A DNA stretch of 64,000 nucleotides. It comes from Tubiluchus corallicola. Taxonomy: Eukaryota; Animalia; Priapulida. Position 1 is the first letter of the stretch. Every line of letters starts with the position of its first letter. Below, piece after piece: positions 53,620 to 64,000 of the stretch. The stretch is taken from positions 477,536 to 541,535 of the forward strand of contig JAQGDQ010000131.1 in NCBI GenBank assembly GCA_030141605.1, read 5' to 3'. A program made the translations under genes and the position numbers. The notes under the pieces are model-generated. The model worked only from the letters and a program-made list of their open reading frames with translations. It was not told where the DNA came from and did no database searches.

Positions 53620-53900
53620 TATCGATAAAACATTTGAAAAGCGATAATATACAAGTACTGTACTATACAAGATTCGCAGCAGTGTTGAGTTGTGCTTTAA
53701 AGGCCGTAAGAACTTAAATGAGAAACAAGAAAACTTAGTCTAAACATTTGTAGTACAAGAATAATAATTAATACGATACAGCGAAAACTCCAATTGGTCG
53801 TAAGGTTGCCACAGGAATCATAACGCGCTGTTGCTGATTTAAGATGTGAGGCCCTTAAAATCTCTCTTTCCGTGCTGTACAGCAAAAATTTGTAGTGAGT
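53620..53900 (+). promoter_or_regulatory. rps5 promoter: DRE-like site, TCT/5'TOP start and short non-coding exon 1
   Basis: TATCGATA at 53620-53627; polypyrimidine tctctctttcc at 53861-53871 followed by donor gtgagt at 53895; the next acceptor, ttccag (55814-55819), directly precedes the ATG. This layout is typical of ribosomal protein genes. Confidence 0.7.
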
Positions 53901-55819
53901 TATAATTTTTCTGATAAAATTCTGTCAATAAATCAACATTAGGATCATCGCTAATTTATTTTGGTCAATTGTAAGAAAGGAATTATTGAGTGCAAGAGTT
54001 TTGTATATTGATTACGTTTTTAAGTTCGATTCATCATCATATGCCCATTACGTCTGTTGTAGACGCTGGTAGGAGGATTCTGAAGGAAATTTGCCTTGTA
54101 AGAGTGGTACAGCAGTAATCCACTGTACGACAGTGGCTTGTCAGCGATTGATTAAGTTTGATGACTGCTTTTAAATTTCGAATTATCCAGGAATCAGAAT
54201 TAATATTATTTTCTACTACTATTTCAGTATTTATGTGCTAGAGTGTTATTATCTCGTTTCTACAGAACCACCTTAGCAACCATACGCAACTATGGAAGAT
54301 TCAATTGTGTGGACTTTGTAAGATTACCTGCCACTATAAGTAATTTTGGTTAATTTTGTGTGCAAGTATCACCAGTTTACTACGTCAGGTTAAAAAATAA
54401 AGTTTTCTCTTATTAGTCTTAATAATCACTTATCTGTGACACCTTTTCGATTGCCGGCTATAATGTCATAAGAACTTTAAGAAAAATTATAATTGGTGTT
54501 CAAAGGAAATTAGAATATTTTGTGTAGGCATTCTTTTTCAGTGCAAAACATCAAGTGTCTGATTGAATTATTTTCAAAGACTTCAGCACATCTATGATTG
54601 TTGTAAGTACCTATAGTGGTGGGAGAAGTGCCCAAAAACCGATGCACCCTCTCCATTTTTAAAACCTTTTAGCAGTTAAGCAGATTAATGTTTTACTTTT
54701 AAATTTATGATGAGCTGTAGACTGGCTTATGTAGCAGTAACGATAAAACAATGGTAAATGGTGCACTTGCAGTTTAGTGAGGATGCTAACAAAATTTGGG
54801 TATTAATTTGTAGGAACTACGTAAACTGCTCTGGCTAAGGATAATGGGCAAATTACAGCAAGTCCCCACTTAACGCCTCTCCGTTTAGCGACACTATGTT
54901 TTAACAACGCTGAACATTTGACAACTTTTTTTCACTTAGACATGTTTCATTTTAGAGACGATTTTCGTACTTCGCTCAAAGCCAATTTTTTTGTCAACAA
55001 CTTTTTTACTTAATTTGATGCATTTAAAACAGTACACATTGCATTATTACATTCTAAAATTGCACTAGTAACATAAACAGTACACTAAATATTATGTATG
55101 TTTTTGCTTACTGATTGACTGTCGAATGCTAGCGTGTATCAAGCCAGAGTTGGGAGCATTCTTTATGTGAAGAAATTGCCATAGCACCCAGACAGTCTAG
55201 ATAAAATTCCCAAGGTCGTCCCACTGCTTGCATGACTTTGGCTCTGCAGTGTTTATTGCTTAACACTGCCTAGGCTTAAACGTTAACGAAAGAGAAACTG
55301 CTAGTTATAGGTATTGGTAAGTAAGATTATATAACTGTTTCAAGCAAGCACATAGAAATTCAATAGAAATAGAAATAAGACTCATAAAATGTTTAATTTA
55401 TATGATTTAAGTAGCACTGATTTTTGCCTCTGGATCTCATTTCTTTTACATTGTTTTCTGTGGAAGTCTTGGCTTCGCTTAACGTCGCATTTTGCTGGAA
55501 TGCATTAGCGTCGTTAACCGAAGACTTACTGTATAATATTTTGTATGGTACCTTAGAAGTTTTTTGATTAGGCAAAACACTTAAACAAAGCTTAATAAGT
55601 AATCTGTAGTTTTATACAGGCTCTGTTGCTACTACAACAATCTTTCAATTTATAGTTATTTTTTATCTTTTTGTTAAATAGGAATAAATATGTGAAAAAC
55701 AAAACTCATTTTTTAAGGTTTTTAAGTTTGAAATTTAATAAACTGTGAATACTTATATGAAAATACCTGGATTTAAGTAGGTCTAATGTGTGTAATACCT
55801 CAATGTATTTGTGTTCCAG

Positions 55820-60535
<4,716 letters not shown>

Positions 60536-61919
60536 TGCTGTAAGCCAGTCTCTCTGTATAATGTATGTGAAATAAATTTGATTTGTGCGAGAAAATCAGT
60601 GACAGTTTAGTATTGTGTTCTAAATAGTTGTTATCGAAAAACACAGTATGAATATACACCCGCACCTCACTAGTAATGCGTGGTTACCAAAAATGTCCCA
60701 AGCTGACTTATGTCACTGCAGGTCGAATCACCCGTAAATCCACATGCATAGCAAAATCGTCCATAAGTTGGCAATTAAGCTTTTCTTGTTATACACGTGT
60801 CCTGAATCTCCATTTCATGAGAATCATTTTGATACCAAGCTCATCACTTTGTATTATTTCTAAGCTGAGATAATCCACGTTGAAGCTGAGGTACACGCTA
60901 CGCACTGAGAAACTTAACCTTGAGAAAATCGCTGTTCAAGTTTGCCATTGTTTTTCGTCGCATTTCTATAAAACTCTTAGCAACTGCATAAATGATAATT
61001 GCTACAGACTTTGCAAGAACGCATTGAAGTTATGTTTAAATCCAGTAGATGGCTCTTTTGGACGAAGATCTGGGCTTGGCAACAGAAAAAACTCGAAGCA
61101 AAATGACTGCTTCCGCAAGCTACTATCAGAGTTTGAAAATAAGAGTTTTTTACAATTGCAGTACTAGTTTTTAGCGAGAGAAGTGTGTACAGAGTTATAA
61201 AATTAGATTTGTTAATATTGTTTGAACATTTTCTTGATAATTTGATGATATAATATAAAAGCCCGATATATTCAGTATTTGTTTCGATGAAAAACATAAA
61301 ATTGACATTTGATCAAATTTTTGATGCATTCTACTTTGAAGCATCATAACGTAGTTTTGATTATGCCGATTTATGGACGCTTTTGGTTTAAAAGCACACG
61401 TGGTATTAAGTACTGAAATAACTGATTAACAGAAGTAGTCACAGCTGTGTATTAACTAATTAAGATTAACTTATGATTAAGATTTTGGTATTCGTCTTGA
61501 ATCTCATAGTTGATTGTTTATCAACCTTTCTTCTCCGTAAACGTTTCACTTAACTCGTTAGCCTTGCAAGCTAGAGTCACGAAAATCACGGGGTGGGTAA
61601 CCTTGTGGGAGGATCGTTCAGTTTACAATTATGATTCAACACCCAGGGCTTTTTTATATTTTTTATATTATAAGTGTTTAGGTATTATGGGGTAGATTTA
61701 AAAGTCATTTAGTGACCTTTTAGATGCTAAGGACTAGGGACATAAAAGTCACAGGGCACACAGAGTAAAGGAAATTATGTTTATATGTGATCTGAGAATG
61801 CCTGGTCAAAGCTGGGTGGATCTTCGTTTTGTTCTCGTTATGCTCAAATGTTCGTGCTAAAGTTTTTGAGGTAGAATCCCAATTTTTGGTATGTGACTAG
61901 ATAAGGCCAAGGTCTTCTG

Positions 61920-64000
61920 CATGAATTTAAATAACTACAAATAAATGATCAATTGAATTTTAGGTACAGCACAGTGTTTTTTGTTGTTTGTGTTTGTTTT
62001 ATAAAAGTTGAAAACAATTGCATAAGTTTAGGACTTATAGTTAATAGACTTCAAGGGTTAAACATAAAAAATTAATCCTAAAGTCTTCACACAACAAAAT
62101 GAAATGCAGTTTTCATGAGTTACTTAACTTTAAATAGTCTCAGGATAATAAAGGTAGAGTTACAAGCAATCACATACCTGCAAACTCATGTCACTCACTT
62201 GTACATCATCAGTACTCCATTTGCCAAACAACTTAATTTCCGGTAATTCTGGCACTGTTGCCACGGCTACTGCTGGAGCCGGTTCATCCCAATTCTCGTC
62301 CATCTGGAACACAAATACATTGAGGTATTACACACATTAGACCTACTTAAATCCAGGTATTTTCATATAAGTATTCACAGTTTATTAAATTTCAAACTTA
62401 AAAACCTTAAAAAATGAGTTTTGTTTTTCACATATTTATTCCTATTTAACAAAAAGATAAAAAATAACTATAAATTGAAAGATTGTTGTAGTAGCAACAG
62501 AGCCTGTATAAAACTACAGATTACTTATTAAGCTTTGTTTAAGTGTTTTGCCTAATCAAAAAACTTCTAAGGTACAGCGTGTACCATACAAAATATTATA
62601 CAGTAAGTCTTCGGTTAACGACGCTAATGCATTCCAGCAAAATGCGACGTTAAGCGAAGACAAGACTTCCACAGAAAACAATGTAAAAGAAATGAGATCC
62701 AGAGGCAAAAATCAGTGCTACTTAAATCATATAAATTAAACATTTTATGAGTCTTATTTCTATTTCTATTGAATTTCTATGTGCTTGCTTGAAACAGTTA
62801 TATAATCTTACTTACCAATACCTATAACTAGCAGTTTCTCTTTCGTTAACGTTTAAGCCTAGGCAGTGTTAAGCAATAAACACTGCAGAGCCAAAGTCAT
62901 GCAAGCAGTGGGACGACCTTGGGAATTTTATCTAGACTGTCTGGGTGCTATGGCAATTTCTTCACATAAAGAATGCTCCCAACTCTGGCTTGATACACGC
63001 TAGCATTCGACAGTCAATCAGTAAGCAAAAACATACATAATATTTAGTGTACTGTTTATGTTACTAGTGCAATTTTAGAATGTAATAATGCAATGTGTAC
63101 TGTTTTAAATGCATCAAATTAAGTAAAAAAGTTGTTGACAAAAAAAATTGGCTTTGAGCGAAGTACGAAAATCGTCTCTAAAATGAAACATGTGTCTAAG
63201 TGAAAAAAAGTTGTCAAATGTTCAGCGTTGTTAAAACATAGTGTCGCTAAACGGAGAGGCGTTAAGTGGGGACTTGCTGTAATTTGCCCATTATCCTTAG
63301 CCAGAGCAGTTTACGTAGTTCCTACAAATTAATACCCAAATTTTGTTAGCATCCTCACTAAACTGCAAGTGCACCATTTACCATTGTTTTATCGTTACTG
63401 CTACATAAGCCAGTCTACAGCTCATCATAAATTTAAAAGTAAAACATTAATCTGCTTAACTGCTAAAAGGTTTTAAAAATGGAGAGGGTGCATCGGTTTT
63501 TGGGCACTTCTCCCACCACTATAGGTACTTACAACAATCATAGATGTGCTGAAGTCTTTGAAAATAATTCAATCAGACACTTGATGTTTTGCACTGAAAA
63601 AGAATGCCTACACAAAATATTCTAATTTCCTTTTAACACCAATTATAATTTTTCTTAAAGTTCTTATGACATTATAGCCGGCAATCGAAAAGGTGTCACA
63701 GATAAGTGATTATTAAGACTAATAAGAGAAAACTTTATTTTTTAACCTGACGTAGTAAACTGGTGATACTTGCACACAAAATTAACCAAAATTACTTATA
63801 GTGGCAGGTAATCTTACAAAGTCCACACAATTGAATCTTCCATAGTTGCGTATGGTTGCTAAGGTGGTTCTGTAGAAACGAGATAATAACACTCTAGCAC
63901 ATAAATACTGAAATAGTAGTAGAAAATAATATTAATTCTGATTCCTGGATAATTCGAAATTTAAAAGCAGTCATCAAACTTAATCAATCGCTGACAAGCC
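61920..64000 (-). repeat. Inverted near-identical duplication of rps5 5' region (54135-56213); runs off the window end
   Basis: Reverse complement of 54135-56213, with a few SNPs, small indels and one divergent patch near 61975-62000. Confidence 0.97.
62178..62303 (-). pseudogene. RPS5: Duplicated rps5 first coding exon; the copy is truncated in the following intron
   Basis: Intact copy of MDENWDEP...SDMSLQ with both splice sites; similarity stops at ~61920, before the next exon. Confidence 0.8.

Noticed and set aside
55393-55575. ORF MPNQKTSK.. present twice (also 62548-62739)
   Set aside because: Non-ATG start, intronic; the second copy is just part of the inverted duplication.

Overview
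AT-rich, intron-rich eukaryotic DNA from an invertebrate animal (a lophotrochozoan affinity is only an inference). Spliced genes reconstructed by hand: the 3' part of a P5A-ATPase ATP13A1 (+, 13 exons, 1053-10192); a convergent 22-exon, ~1019-aa M16 metallopeptidase of the C05D11.1-like group (-, 11218-34958), whose first intron holds a complete single-exon PIG-L gene on the same strand; cdc6 (-, 2 coding exons) with an E2F/CRE promoter; rps5/uS7 (+) with a TCT-type start, followed by a near-identical inverted partial copy of its 5' part. The ORF track misses a 3-exon gene (-, 48383-50053) for a 146-aa secreted short collagen: signal peptide, poly-Glu, CxC, 11 Gly-X-Y triplets, RRRR, then GNQGAGY repeats. 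Introns and intergenic DNA carry Tigger/pogo MITEs, a young TGT..ACA element with a 5-bp TSD, hAT-like MITEs, a BEL/Pao remnant, a Helitron-like insertion, tRNA/5S-derived SINE remnants and long (GA)/(CT) microsatellites. All exon boundaries are manual predictions; no database search was run.
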